Below the pieces are notes generated by a model. That model made no database searches and was not told the origin of the DNA. It saw only the letters and a program-made list of their open reading frames with translations. From Paraspadella gotoi (Eukaryota; Animalia; Chaetognatha), in NCBI GenBank assembly GCA_051294375.1, contig CM119266.1, positions 473,132 through 537,131 of the forward strand: DNA of 64,000 nucleotides, written 5' to 3'. The translations under genes were made by a program, and so were the position numbers. This document shows positions 12,188 to 23,027 of the stretch, piece after piece (the stretch's first letter is position 1; every line of letters starts with the position of its first letter).

Positions 12188-13751
12188 GGCTTCCGACCGG
12201 AATACGCAACATTCTCAAGTTATGCCCCCGCGGAGACGTCAAAACCGTGGCAAGTCATGATTCCCAACCCCGCAATATCCTCTCTATTCGCGAACTCTCC
12301 CGAAGTCGGGCGCATCAGGTCGTTATGTCGACCTTAACATAACGTTACCCCTAACTGTATATAAATTTTACAAACTAAAACTGTTACTACTCTAGTGTCA
12401 ACAAGGCTCCTTCGTCTCTTTTATCCAAAAATGTTAATTTTTTGGCGATTATTTTACCTAAATTTATATGTGTGTTATATATTACCAATTTCTGATTGTG
12501 AAAATGGAAATTAAGCAAAGCATCGTCTTCCCCCTTTCCCCGTCCCGCCCTCGCCCTCCCCATAGAATCGGTACTACCTCAACAAGACAAAGTTGGCCTC
12601 GACATCGACGAACTTCCCGCGCATTGGACGAGGCGAAGGAAGTCAGTCAACCAGAGTCATCTGCGTCATCAATTCCTCGAAAACCCAACTGGACAGGTGT
12701 AGTTTTGACTGTTGTTGACTGTTTTGAACAATGTGATGGGGTGGATGGATTAAATGGGGGAATGGGGAAGAAATCGACTTGAATGATAAAAAAGACAAAC
12801 ATGACAAAAAATAAGTCAAAAAGACAAATGAACACATCTGCAAAGAGGAACAAAAATTGAAGGTAATAGACAAAAATCGACAAAAATGTCGTGGAAAGAA
12901 CAAGCAGAACAGCTTTGAGAAAAGATTCATCTTGACGTATGCGAAGTGCCCACAACCGACCACAACTTGGAAATTGATTCTAGGTCTTGACTGTATGCGA
13001 TGCCACACACCAACCACAACTTGAGAAATGATCCTGGTTGGCACTGATGCGAGAGTGCCCACAAGACCGACCAACCAACTCAAGAAATGATTCAGTTCTG
13101 ACTGTATGCGAAGTGCCCACAACCAACCACAAACTGAGAAATTAATTCTTGGTCTGCACTGATGCGAGAGTGCGCACAACCGGACCACAAACATGAAAAT
13201 GATCTGGTCTTGATTGTAGCAGAGTGCCCACAACTCACCACCAACTGAAAATGATTCTGTCTGCACTGTAAATCGACGAGTGGCCCCACAACCGACCACA
13301 ACTGAAAATGATTCTGGTCTGACTGTATGCGAGATTGCCCACAACCAACCAAAACTGAGAAATTATTCTGGTCTGCACTGTATGCAAGAGTGCCCACAAC
13401 CGACCACAACCACCACCACTACAACAACGCGCCCAACCCAACTACCCTCCTTTCACCTCCCCCCCCCCCCAATGCGAAAGGTGTGACCCGCGACAACATC
13501 GAAGCCATTATCCGCTTCCCAAAGAAACCGTCTCATCATTCTCGCCGACGAAGTCTATCAGGCCCAACGTCTACGGATCTTGCTCAAAAGTTTTCATTCC
13601 TTCAAGAAGTCCTAATGACGATGGGCCAGACGTTCAACGCAAATTGGAATGGCCCTCCTTCCATTCCATGTCAAAGGATGGCATGAGAGTGAGTAGGAGA
13701 TAAGATAGAGAGAGGAGGTGGAGAGACGGGGAGAGAGAGAGAGAAGAGAGA

Positions 13752-13793
<42 letters not shown>

Positions 13794-15226
13794 GAAGAAG
13801 AGATATAAAGAAAGGAAGACAGAAAAGAGACAAGAAAAGAATAGAAACATGAAATTGAACTAATTAAAGAAATTTAAATTGAATACTCCTTACCTTATCC
13901 ACCTAACTTCTCAGGTGCGATTTCCGCGTGGCTTCATTGAGCGAGTGTCAATTTCGATCCTTAACGTAGTCGGTCAGATGAACAAAGCTCTTTCGACCAA
14001 GCTCTGTTCACCGGCGATGGTCAGTGGCGCCATGTCCTTTGGTGTGCAAACGAACCCAAAGGACAAAGACCTTCGTAATCCGCTCTTTATTAAGGTCGAT
14101 CGGAAGGCTTTTGTTGTTTGTTGTAGTTGAAGGGTTTTTTCGTTCGCCAAACAATTCGCTAGCGGTTAATTGTAAAAGTCTTGGACTGTTCACCGAAACA
14201 AAATAGAAAACAGTAAAAGATTTCCCTGTCGAGAAAAGACGTAATAAACAAAAAGCGTAACAACTAAATAGTTTAAACTTAAAGAAATAATTCTTATGGT
14301 TCTTTTATGTGCAGTTTTTTTGACAAGTTAAGCCAAAATTTTTTTTGTCTTTATAATTGCCAAAGATGAAATTCCTTGAAAGCTTCCATGTTTCGTTGAT
14401 TGTTCTTCGAAGGCTGCGAAGGATCGTCATCGAAAAAAGCCTCTCTCTTTCTCATTATCATTATATTGATGAAATTTCACTAACCAAATTGCACTGAAAA
14501 AGGCTAAACAAACACACCGAAACCGTGTTTTTTTTTACATTAAAATATAAATTTCACTATTTAATTATAAAACATATATATATCTAAATAGGGGAAAATT
14601 TTGATTAAAATAGTTGACAGGCCTGCAAAAGGAAACCATAAGCTTAAAAACTAATAAAAATTTAAATTAGTAAATTTTAAAATTAAACAGGGTTAATTTT
14701 ACCAAATAACCCGATGGTTAAAATTATTTTAATCGGTGATAACGTTATATTTAATCGGTTAAGACCCCTAAATAAGTCTATAATCTAAACCCAAACATAG
14801 CCTGACAAAGGTCAGCCTTGTGGTTTAAGTGACTTTTTTATTACTTTTAATAATTTTACTATTTTTTAAATTCCAGGAGAAAAACGGAGACCCTAGATAA
14901 GCTCGCGGGCGAAGGCCAAACCTCGGTCGCACCGACACCTTCAACTCAATCCCGCGGAATTTCCTGTAACGAATCATGGGCGCCATGTAACGCCTTCCCC
15001 GATGAAGTTGCCGCCCAAGGCCATCAAGGCGGGCGGAGGTGGGTGCTAAGTGGGTGGTGGAGGCTGGGGTGCTGGAGTGGGTGGTGAACAGTGAGATATT
15101 AATTATTCAAGCCTTATCACGCAGAGTGTGTTAAATAAAGTTAGTGCTACTCGAGAGAGAGAAAGAGAAGAGAATACGGAGGAGAGGAAGTGGAAGAGAG
15201 AGAGATAGAAGAGAGAAGATGAGAGA

Positions 15227-15257
<31 letters not shown>

Positions 15258-15670
15258 GAAGACATGAGAGAGAGAGACTGAGAGAGAAGAGAGAGAGAGA
15301 GAGAGAGAAAAAAAAAGCAAGGAAGAGAGAGAGATAGAGATAGAAAACATTTTAGACACAGATATCGCGACAAATATAAAAGAGAAAGCAAAGCCCCACA
15401 CACCGAAGATCCAACCCCCCGGCTCTAACAAGTCCCCCTCCTCGAACATGAGGCCGGGCACACTCCCGACTCCTGTCGCTAAGCTGCTGTCCGCATTCCC
15501 GGAGGGAGATCGGGTTGGTGGTGGTGCCTCGGGGTCGGGTTCGGGCGAAGAGAGCCGGCGCAACTTACCATTTTCGGAATGACGATCCTTCCGCCCTTCG
15601 AAGACATCAACGGAAACATGGAACCTTCAAAGAATTTCATCTCAAAATTCGTCGAAAAATATTTCTGCAG
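12188..15670 (+). CDS. GPT: Alanine aminotransferase 3' exons, frameshifted redundant copy
   Basis: Mirror of the exons in 25567-28656, broken by homopolymer-type indels. Confidence 0.7.
12917..13410. repeat. ~55-bp minisatellite, about 9 units, in a GPT intron
   Basis: Unit approximately ttgagaaatgattctggtctgcactgtatgcgagagtgcccacaaccgaccacaac. Confidence 0.85.
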
Positions 15671-16737
15671 CGACGATGGAACTTCCCCCCCCCCACCACT
15701 GTTTTTTTTGGGGCGGGAACGTCCGAAAATGAGGAAAAAAACATTTCTTTTTGATTTCCTGTTCTCTGACAATCAATTAAACCGAAATGATTAACTAAAA
15801 AGCAAACCACAAAAAGTATTTGTGCTAAGAAAAAAAATATCTCCCATCTAGCGACGGGAGATTTCCTTATTTGGAAAATAAAAGCCTTATTAAAAGCTTA
15901 TAATTAAAAGCTTCTTAGTTTTGGAAAAATAAACAGCTTGCTAAAGCGGAAAGACAAAAGTCTATCTCAACAGTAATTCAATAATCGGATGGAGTTTCCA
16001 GTAATGGTCAGTACATGGCCCCGAATTGGTTAAATAATAATCGGTTGCTTAGTATAAGTAGCTATATCGTCGATTATTTTTTTTTGTATCCGGTTTGTCG
16101 TTGTACGTTCTGCCTAAAATGTATTGTTCAATGAAGACATTTGAAAACCGAAAATAAAAAAAATATATCTCTAAATTTTTGTTAGAAATTTTTTTAATGC
16201 AAAGACGCCTTTGAGTTCGAATTTCGCAATTGTTCATATGATAAATTATAATTATTAAGTTACAATATGATAGCTAAAAAAAGGTTCCGGCAGCAAAACT
16301 ACAATGTCAATTACAAATAATTGGCCCCGTTAAAAATGGAGCTGAGAGTTATGAAAATATTGAGATTATTCCTGTGTCATCGCTTGACCTTTTGGGTATC
16401 ATGAACAGTAATACTTGGTTATATTTATAAAATATTAGATAATATCAGATCCAGATTCGAGCGTTACTACGAAAATATATTACGATGATCGTTTCATCAA
16501 CACAAGAGGTAAAAAAGAAAATTGACACAACAAATTTTAATTTGTAACAGTCACTAAGCAACAAGAAAGGAGGAAAAGGATAATTTTATTTTATAATGCT
16601 CCGTTTTACATGTTTAATTCCAATCCTTCACTCTTTTTTACACACTAGTTGACAAGTCTCTCCTTTTCTTCTTGAACTTACTTCTTCACTTCACATCCCT
16701 CTCCTCTCCCCCTTTTCACGACTTACCCCCACACCCT

Positions 16738-18225
16738 TCACCCTCTTCGCAATCTCACACCATCCCTCCCTTGACCTCGTTCCCACCACCGCCCACTCCT
16801 CCTCATCCCTTTCGCGATCTCATCCATATCGCGCGGCGTGCAGAAGCTTCTTCAAGTGACGAAGTCATCGAACAAGCCCGACGTGCGGCATCTCGTACCA
16901 GTCGGCGAACTGCAACCAGTACATCTCCGCTCAAGCGTCTTCCTCAAGACTCAAATTCGGACTGTAAGGATTGCTCGCTGAATCCGTCCTCGATCCCCGG
17001 ACGCGTCGACGCCTCCAGTCGAGTGCCATTGGACATTTCGACGCCAAGATGGCGGTCCTGCCGCGGCCGAACCCGACGCCGCCCGCGACGTCGTTCGCGT
17101 TGAGTGAGGAAAAACTTGGGCGAGGGAAGGAAGAGCGGGACGGCGCGACAGAGTAAAGTTCGACTACGCTAAGATCGAAGATGAATCGGGAAAAACAACG
17201 GCGGCTTCGATGTCGCGCCACGTCCCACAGTTCAAACTTGGCGTCGGAAACGAGACGAGTTTTTACGTTGGGGTTTCAAAGAATTCTGCGTCTTGACGAC
17301 CGAAAGAACTCTCCACGTTTGGACGCGACGATCAAGACGGAGTCCTTGTCCCCGCCTTCCTTTCCTTTTTCCGAGAGAATATTCTGTGGCGTAAGGAATG
17401 AGCGTCGTTTCATCCCCTGTAGTAGCGAAGATACTCGAGATCGTATCGATTCGTGACGCCGAATGAAATTGCGCGATTTTTTTGCCCAAGAGTTCAACTG
17501 ATCATCGAGGGAGCGCCACTCATCCGCTGAGCACCGACCCAGTTATAGCGGTGGGCGGGAGAAAAGACGGTGGCTTTCCGAACCCTGTCCACCAGGCGCA
17601 AGTGGATGCCGGAAGCGAGCAGACGAAAGCGTCGACTTTCTTCATGCGGACGTCGTTCTTGTAGAAGGTCGTTAGAGAGACGAAGGCGACGGCGGTCGCT
17701 GCTTTCGCTCCGGACGAAGGTAGGAGCCAACACCGGACGCACCTCAGGCAAAAATCGAAAACGCCGCTCAATTTTTCCGTCGGACAAGATCTTGGGTTTT
17801 CTCCGTGCCGAGTAAAGAGGGTTTCTTGTCCCCGATCGCCGAGAGAGACGCCGCTAAATGGACTTTGGTCGCCGGACTCAAAATCGGCCGAGGCGAAAAC
17901 GGCTTTTTCCGGCGCAAGAGGCTTTTGATTTTCCGCGCCGCCATCGCCAGCTCAATCGCTTCAACGACTTTCCGGCCGACCTGATCCGGTTCTTCTCTTC
18001 GGCGTCACGTTGGGCGCAGAGGTTGCCGACATGTCCTGCCGGGAAATTTATACCCGACAGAGAGGAGAGACTCGATCCAATTTGGATGTTGATGACGTCG
18101 TTGAGCTCCAAAGTAGTTTCGTTCATAGAGATCGATCCAGAGAGCGACTCGAAACGTCTCCAGAAAGTCCCGTCTTCTTTCTTGGCCATGTATTGCGCGG
18201 CGAGATGCTCCACCATGGCGCCGGA
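16738..18225 (-). CDS. Redundant frameshifted copy of the STELLO-like terminal exon
   Basis: Reverse complement of 23028-24506; begins MVEHLA...; many indels. Confidence 0.75.
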
Positions 18226-18605
18226 CTGAATATGAACGATCCGAGTTAAGATGAATGCTTTTCATACTTTGTTTTGTATACTATAGGACATAGGTGGTTT
18301 TTTTTTTATTTATTTTTTTGTCGTATACGTATAAACTCTATAAATTATGCAAATTGGTAAAACCAATATTAAAAATTATCCATTCATTTAATAAATAAGC
18401 TATCTTGCCCTTGACTTTTGGACAGGCTTTGGGTTTAAGGCCTCCATCACTCTTACAAGATAATGACATAGCAGGTCCTGCAAGTCTTAAAACTATATTA
18501 ATACAGTTTTTCACTCACGGATTAAAAATACATTGAGCCAAGTCAAAACAAATTATACAATTTTTTAACATTGTTGACGATAGCGATACAGAAAAAAATA
18601 ATTTT

Positions 18606-18688
18606 CGCAGTGACAGGTTCGAACCTGTGCACGGAGACCGTAACTGATTTCTAGTCAGTCGCCTTAACCAGCTCGGCCAGACAACTGC
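18606..18688 (-). tRNA. tRNA-Ser(AGA), noisy redundant copy
   Basis: Reverse complement of 22563-22644 with indels. Confidence 0.75.
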
Positions 18689-18756
18689 TTGTGTCATAAT
18701 ATCGAAAAGCAAGCCAAAAATAATTTTTCCAAAAAAAAACGCCGAAATAAAATAAA

Positions 18757-18829
18757 CTCCCCGGCGGGGAATCGAACCCTCGGTCTCTCGAGTGACAGGC
18801 GAGATACTCACCACTTATACTACCGAGGA
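18757..18829 (-). tRNA. tRNA-Asp(GTC), noisy redundant copy
   Basis: Reverse complement of 22423-22494 with indels. Confidence 0.75.
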
Positions 18830-19893
18830 CAACAGAAAATTGAGGACAAAATCTTATCATAAAAGGTGAGTAAATATTTAAGGGTCATTTTTTAAAATTT
18901 GCTTAGTGACCATCATTTGACATTTTGAGGCATTAAAACGACGATGGAAGTAGCAAAAGATACAATTTTGTGCGCTGTGTCTAGTCGCTGCTTCAGGAAG
19001 CCGCAGCAAGGAGGCTTTCTTGAAAAAAATGTGCCAAAATAGGCTCTAAGTCTGACTCTAAGTCATCAGAGAGAAGAGCGAGAGAATTCGCTGCTCGTCA
19101 TAGCGGCAAGGGGCATCGATGTAGAAAGAAGGCCAAAAAGACGTCGCGTCCCCGTCGTCCGTCTGTCTGCGTGTCTGTCCGCCACACTTAGCAAAAAAAA
19201 TTTTATTGCTCGTGATTGGATGGATGGAATGGAATGAAATTTTGTGTGTGTGGTGGGGAAAGTGTGGTGCATTGTAGCAGGTAATCAAGTTCGGATGGAA
19301 TCGTCCAAGTGGAAAATGAGGTTTAAAATGGAAAAACAAAACCCTGTTTCACTAATTGATTATGCTTCTTTTTAATTTTGATATTAAATGTAAATGCAAG
19401 GATGATATTAAATTAATCAAATAATTAATCAGTTAAATAATCAATTAGTCAATTAATTAATAAATAATTAATCAATCAATCAATCAATGCAATTATTCAA
19501 TCAATCATTTTTTTTTAGTTATCCATTAATTAATTATTCAATAATCAATTTATTATAAATAATTAATTATTTAATCAATCATAAATTAATTTATTAATTA
19601 AATTATATTTTAGTTTATATATTTGTATTAATTAATTAATTACTTACCGCTAATGATCGGTGGCAGATCCGACATTGTTTGCTCAAACTTGTTATTAAAA
19701 CAGACATGTTTCGACTATGGTGAACCCTTCATAGCAGCTTAATTTACGAAAAATAATATTAACCGGTACCTTTCTATACTTTTTTCTTAAATAAAATTAA
19801 AACGTATTTTCTAAAACGTAAATTTTTTCATTCATAAAGGTGACAGGGTTCAAAAAGGACCATTTCAACTATTCTTCCCCTAAAAAGAAACAG

Positions 19894-19966
19894 TGCCGAA
19901 CCCTGGATTGAACCAGGGACCTTTAGATCTTCAGTCTAAGCTCTCACCAAACTGAGCTATTTCGGC
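19894..19966 (-). tRNA. tRNA-Phe(GAA)
   Basis: Reverse complement GCCGAAATAGCTCAGTTTGGTGAGAGCTTAGACTGAAGATCTAAAGGTCCCTGGTTCAATCCAGGGTTCGGCA. The 3' remnant of the mirror copy is at 21344-21357. Confidence 0.9.
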
Positions 19967-20375
19967 TTCGACAGTTCCAAGTTCAAAATGCAATGTGGTT
20001 TAAAAACGAAAAACTCACAGACGAAGGGACATAAAAACCCTGAAACCCATGAATCATACTGAACTTTCCTTTTCTTTTTTTACGAAATTTAGAAACAATC
20101 ATTATATGAAAAAATATTAAATACGGATAAGAAAAAACAGACTTTATTATGAGGCAACGAATATCAGGACTTTTATTGGCATCTTCCTTCAATAACTATT
20201 TTGCTAAGATTTATTTTCAGAGCAATATTTGCGTAATCACAAAATTTTTTTCCGTTTTATGTACGTATTTTAAAATTGTTTTATTGGAAATAAAGTATTA
20301 TAAAAAGTACAGACTATAATTTATTAAAGTTAAAATGCATCCACTTTTAAATGTAAGGAAAAATCAATCAGTCAC

Positions 20376-20448
20376 GGGGGATTAGCTCAAATGGTAGAGC
20401 GCTCGCTTAGCAATGCGAGAGGTACCGGGATCGATACCCGATCCTCCA
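20376..20448 (+). tRNA. tRNA-Ala(AGC)
   Basis: GGGGGATTAGCTCAAATGGTAGAGCGCTCGCTTAGC(A)ATGCGAGAGGTACCGGGATCGATACCCGATCCTCCA, followed by a T-run terminator; one or two indel errors. Confidence 0.88.
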
Positions 20449-20535
20449 CTCTTTTTTTAATGTAATAAAATAATTCTGCACGTATAAGTTATTTGAATTT
20501 AATCAAGATAAAATATAAATCATTGATTAACTCGC

Positions 20536-20826
20536 CTGGAATATAGCGGCGACTCCGCTTCGAAGTCCCCATGATCGAATGAGGATTTCTGTCCTGGACG
20601 ACGATTGGACGCGGCAGGAAACCGAGGGATCAGCCCCCAGCCGTGGGAAGCGCCCTGCGCAGCGTAAGATCTCAAAATGTCGGACACTCGGCGGAGAACC
20701 GTCACCGGAGAATACAAAGGCCCAGAAGGCGTCCGTAAAAGTGGATGGTGGCTTGGGCGTTGTATGGAGACATACGATGAGGGAACTCGAATGATAGGCT
20801 TGGGTTTGAAAGTGTAGTCCGAGGCC
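20536..20826 (-). CDS. STELLO-like exon 6 (on the misoriented contig)
   Basis: Allowing frameshifts, it reads ASDYTFKPKPIIRVPSSYVS-YNAQATIHFY...LYxPVTV-RVSDILRSYAAQ...PIVVQDRNPHSxxGDFEAESPLY. This is the conserved STELLO block missing between exon 5 and the 23028 exon. Confidence 0.8.
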
Positions 20827-21512
20827 TGTGGGAGGGAGGGTCGAGAATACGCCAATTTTAATTTATTTCGAGTAATTTTTCGTAATTTTCGAGTTGATTT
20901 AATGATGTATAATTTAGAATTTCCAGCCAATCATCGACACTTTCAAAAAGGCTGAACATGTTTGCAGGTAGTCGGGGGAGTCCAATCACGAGCAATTTGA
21001 ATTTTTTGCTAAGGTGGGACGGACAGACAGACGGACGGCTCTTTTTGGCCTTCTCTATCATCGATGCCCCCTTGCCGTATGACGGAGCAGCGAATCTCTC
21101 TCGCTCTCTCTCTTGATGACTTAGAGTCAGACTTAGAGCCTATTTTGGCACTTTTTTCAAAGAAGCCTCCTTGCTGCGGCTCCTGAAGCAGCGGACAGCA
21201 CAAAAATTGTATCTTTTGCTACTTCCATCGTCGTTTTATGCCTCAAATGCAAAATTTAAAAAATGACCCTTAAATATTTACTCACCTTTTATGATAAGAT
21301 TATGTCCTCAATTTTCATTGTCCTCGGTAGTATNNNNNNNNNNCCCGGGTTTCGGCACTGTTTCTTTTTAGGGGAAGAATAGTTGAAATGGTCCTTTTGA
21401 ACCCTGTCACCTTTATGAAGAAAAAATTTTACGTTTTGAGAAAAATACGTTTTAATTTTTATTTAAGAAAAAAGTATAGAAAGGTAACCGGTTAATATTA
21501 TTTTTCGTAAAT

Positions 21513-21556
21513 TAAGCTGATGAAGGGTATCACCATAGTCGAAACATGTCTGTTTT
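21513..21556 (+). ncRNA. Hammerhead ribozyme motif with weak stem I (mirror copy at ~19700-19740, minus strand)
   Basis: CTGATGA-agggtat-cacc-atagtc-GAAAC-ATGTC. Confidence 0.55.
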
Positions 21557-21559
21557 AAT

Positions 21560-22275
21560 AACAAGTTTGAGCAAACAATGTCGGATCTGCCCACGATTTT
21601 AGCGGTAAGTAATTAATTAATTAATACAAACTATATAAACTAAAATAATAATATAATTAATAAATTAATTGATTGATTGATTAAATAATTAATTATTTAT
21701 AAATAAATTGATTATTAAATAATTAATTAATGGATAACTAAAAAAAATGATTGATTGAATAATTGATTGATTGATTGATTGATTAATTATTTATTAATTA
21801 ATTGACTAATTGATTATTTAACTGATTAATTATTTGATTAATTAATACATCTTGCATTTACATTTAATATAAAATTAAAAAGAAGCATAATCAATTAGTG
21901 AAACAGGTTTTTTGTTTTTCCATTTAAACTCATTTCCACTTGGACGATTCCATCGAAACTTGATTACCTGCTCAATCACACACTTCCCCACCCACACACA
22001 AAATTTCATTCCATTCCATCCATCCAATCACGAGCAATCAAAAATTTTTTTGCTAAGGTGGGACGGACAGACAGACAGACAGACGGACGGACGGACGGAC
22101 AGACGGACGGCTCTTTTTGGCCTTCTCTATCATCGATGCCCCCTTGCCGTATGACGGAGCAGCGAATCTCTCTCGCTCTCTCTCTGGATGACTTAGAGTC
22201 AGACTTAGAGCCTATTTTGGCACTTTTTTTCAAAGAAGCCTCCTTGCTGCGGCTCCTGAAGCAGCGGACTCAAAC
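21560..22275 (-). mobile_element. DINE-1/HINE-like element related to 7407-8123
   Basis: Shares the terminus aacaagtttgagcaaacaatgtcggatctgcccacg, the internal block and the (GACA/GACG)n tract. Confidence 0.55.
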
Positions 22276-22422
22276 ACACGCACAAAAATTGTATCTTTTG
22301 CTACTTCCATCGTCGTTTTATGCCTCAAAATGTCAAATGATGTCACTAATGCAAAATTTAAAAAATGACCCTTAAATATTTACTCACCTTTTATGATAAG
22401 ATTTTGTCCTCAATTTTCTGTG

Positions 22423-22494
22423 TCCTCGGTAGTATAGTGGTGAGTATCCTCGCCTGTCACGCGAGAGACCGGGGTTCGATTCCCCGCCGGGGAG
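22423..22494 (+). tRNA. tRNA-Asp(GTC)
   Basis: TCCTCGGTAGTATAGTGGTGAGTATCCTCGCCTGTCACGCGAGAGACCGGGGTTCGATTCCCCGCCGGGGAG, a canonical 72-nt cloverleaf. Confidence 0.95.
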
Positions 22495-22562
22495 TTTATT
22501 TTATTTCGGCGTTTTCTTTGGAAAAATATTTTTGGCTGCTTTTTCGACTATGTATGACACAA

Positions 22563-22644
22563 GCAGTTGTGGCCGAGTGGTTAAGGCGACTGACTAGAAA
22601 TCAGTTACGGTCTCCGTGCACAGGTTCGAATCCTGTCAACTGCG
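22563..22644 (+). tRNA. tRNA-Ser(AGA)
   Basis: GCAGTTGTGGCCGAGTGGTTAAGGCGACTGACTAGAAATCAGTTACGGTCTCCGTGCACAGGTTCGAATCCTGTCAACTGCG; 82 nt with a long variable arm. Confidence 0.95.
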
Positions 22645-23027
22645 AAAATTATTTTTTTCTGTATCGCTATCGTCAACAATGTTTTAAAAAATTGTATAAT
22701 TTGTTTTCACTTGGCTCAATTTATTTTTAATCCGTGAGTGAAAAACTGTATTAATATAGTTTTAAGCTTGCAGGGACCTGCTATGTCATTATCTTGTAAG
22801 AGTGATGGAGGCCTTAAACCACCAAAGCCTGTCCAAAGTCAAGGGCAAGATAGCTTATTTATTAAATGAATGGATAATTTTTATATTGGTTGTACCAATT
22901 TCATAATTTATAGAGTTTATACCTATACGACAAAAAAATAAATAAAAAAAAAAACCACCTATGGTCCTATAGTATACAAAACAAACTATGAAAAGCATTC
23001 ATCTTAACTCGGATCGTTCATATTCAG

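Larger units (their letters stand above)
12032..21333. other. Gap-flanked, inverted, indel-rich redundant contig (mostly the reverse complement of 21344-28800)
   Basis: 12040-~19910 mirrors 21344-28800 and is bounded by N runs. 20990-21333 repeats 22030-22433 again. Confidence 0.85.

Noticed and set aside
12917-13410. CRISPR-like periodic array
   Set aside because: Whole units repeat with no unique spacers, there are no cas genes, and the context is a eukaryotic intron; it is a minisatellite.
20540-20830. RNase MRP/P or snRNA next to the tRNAs (gaagtcccc motif)
   Set aside because: The minus strand encodes conserved STELLO motifs (RVSDILRSY, DFEAE); it is an exon.
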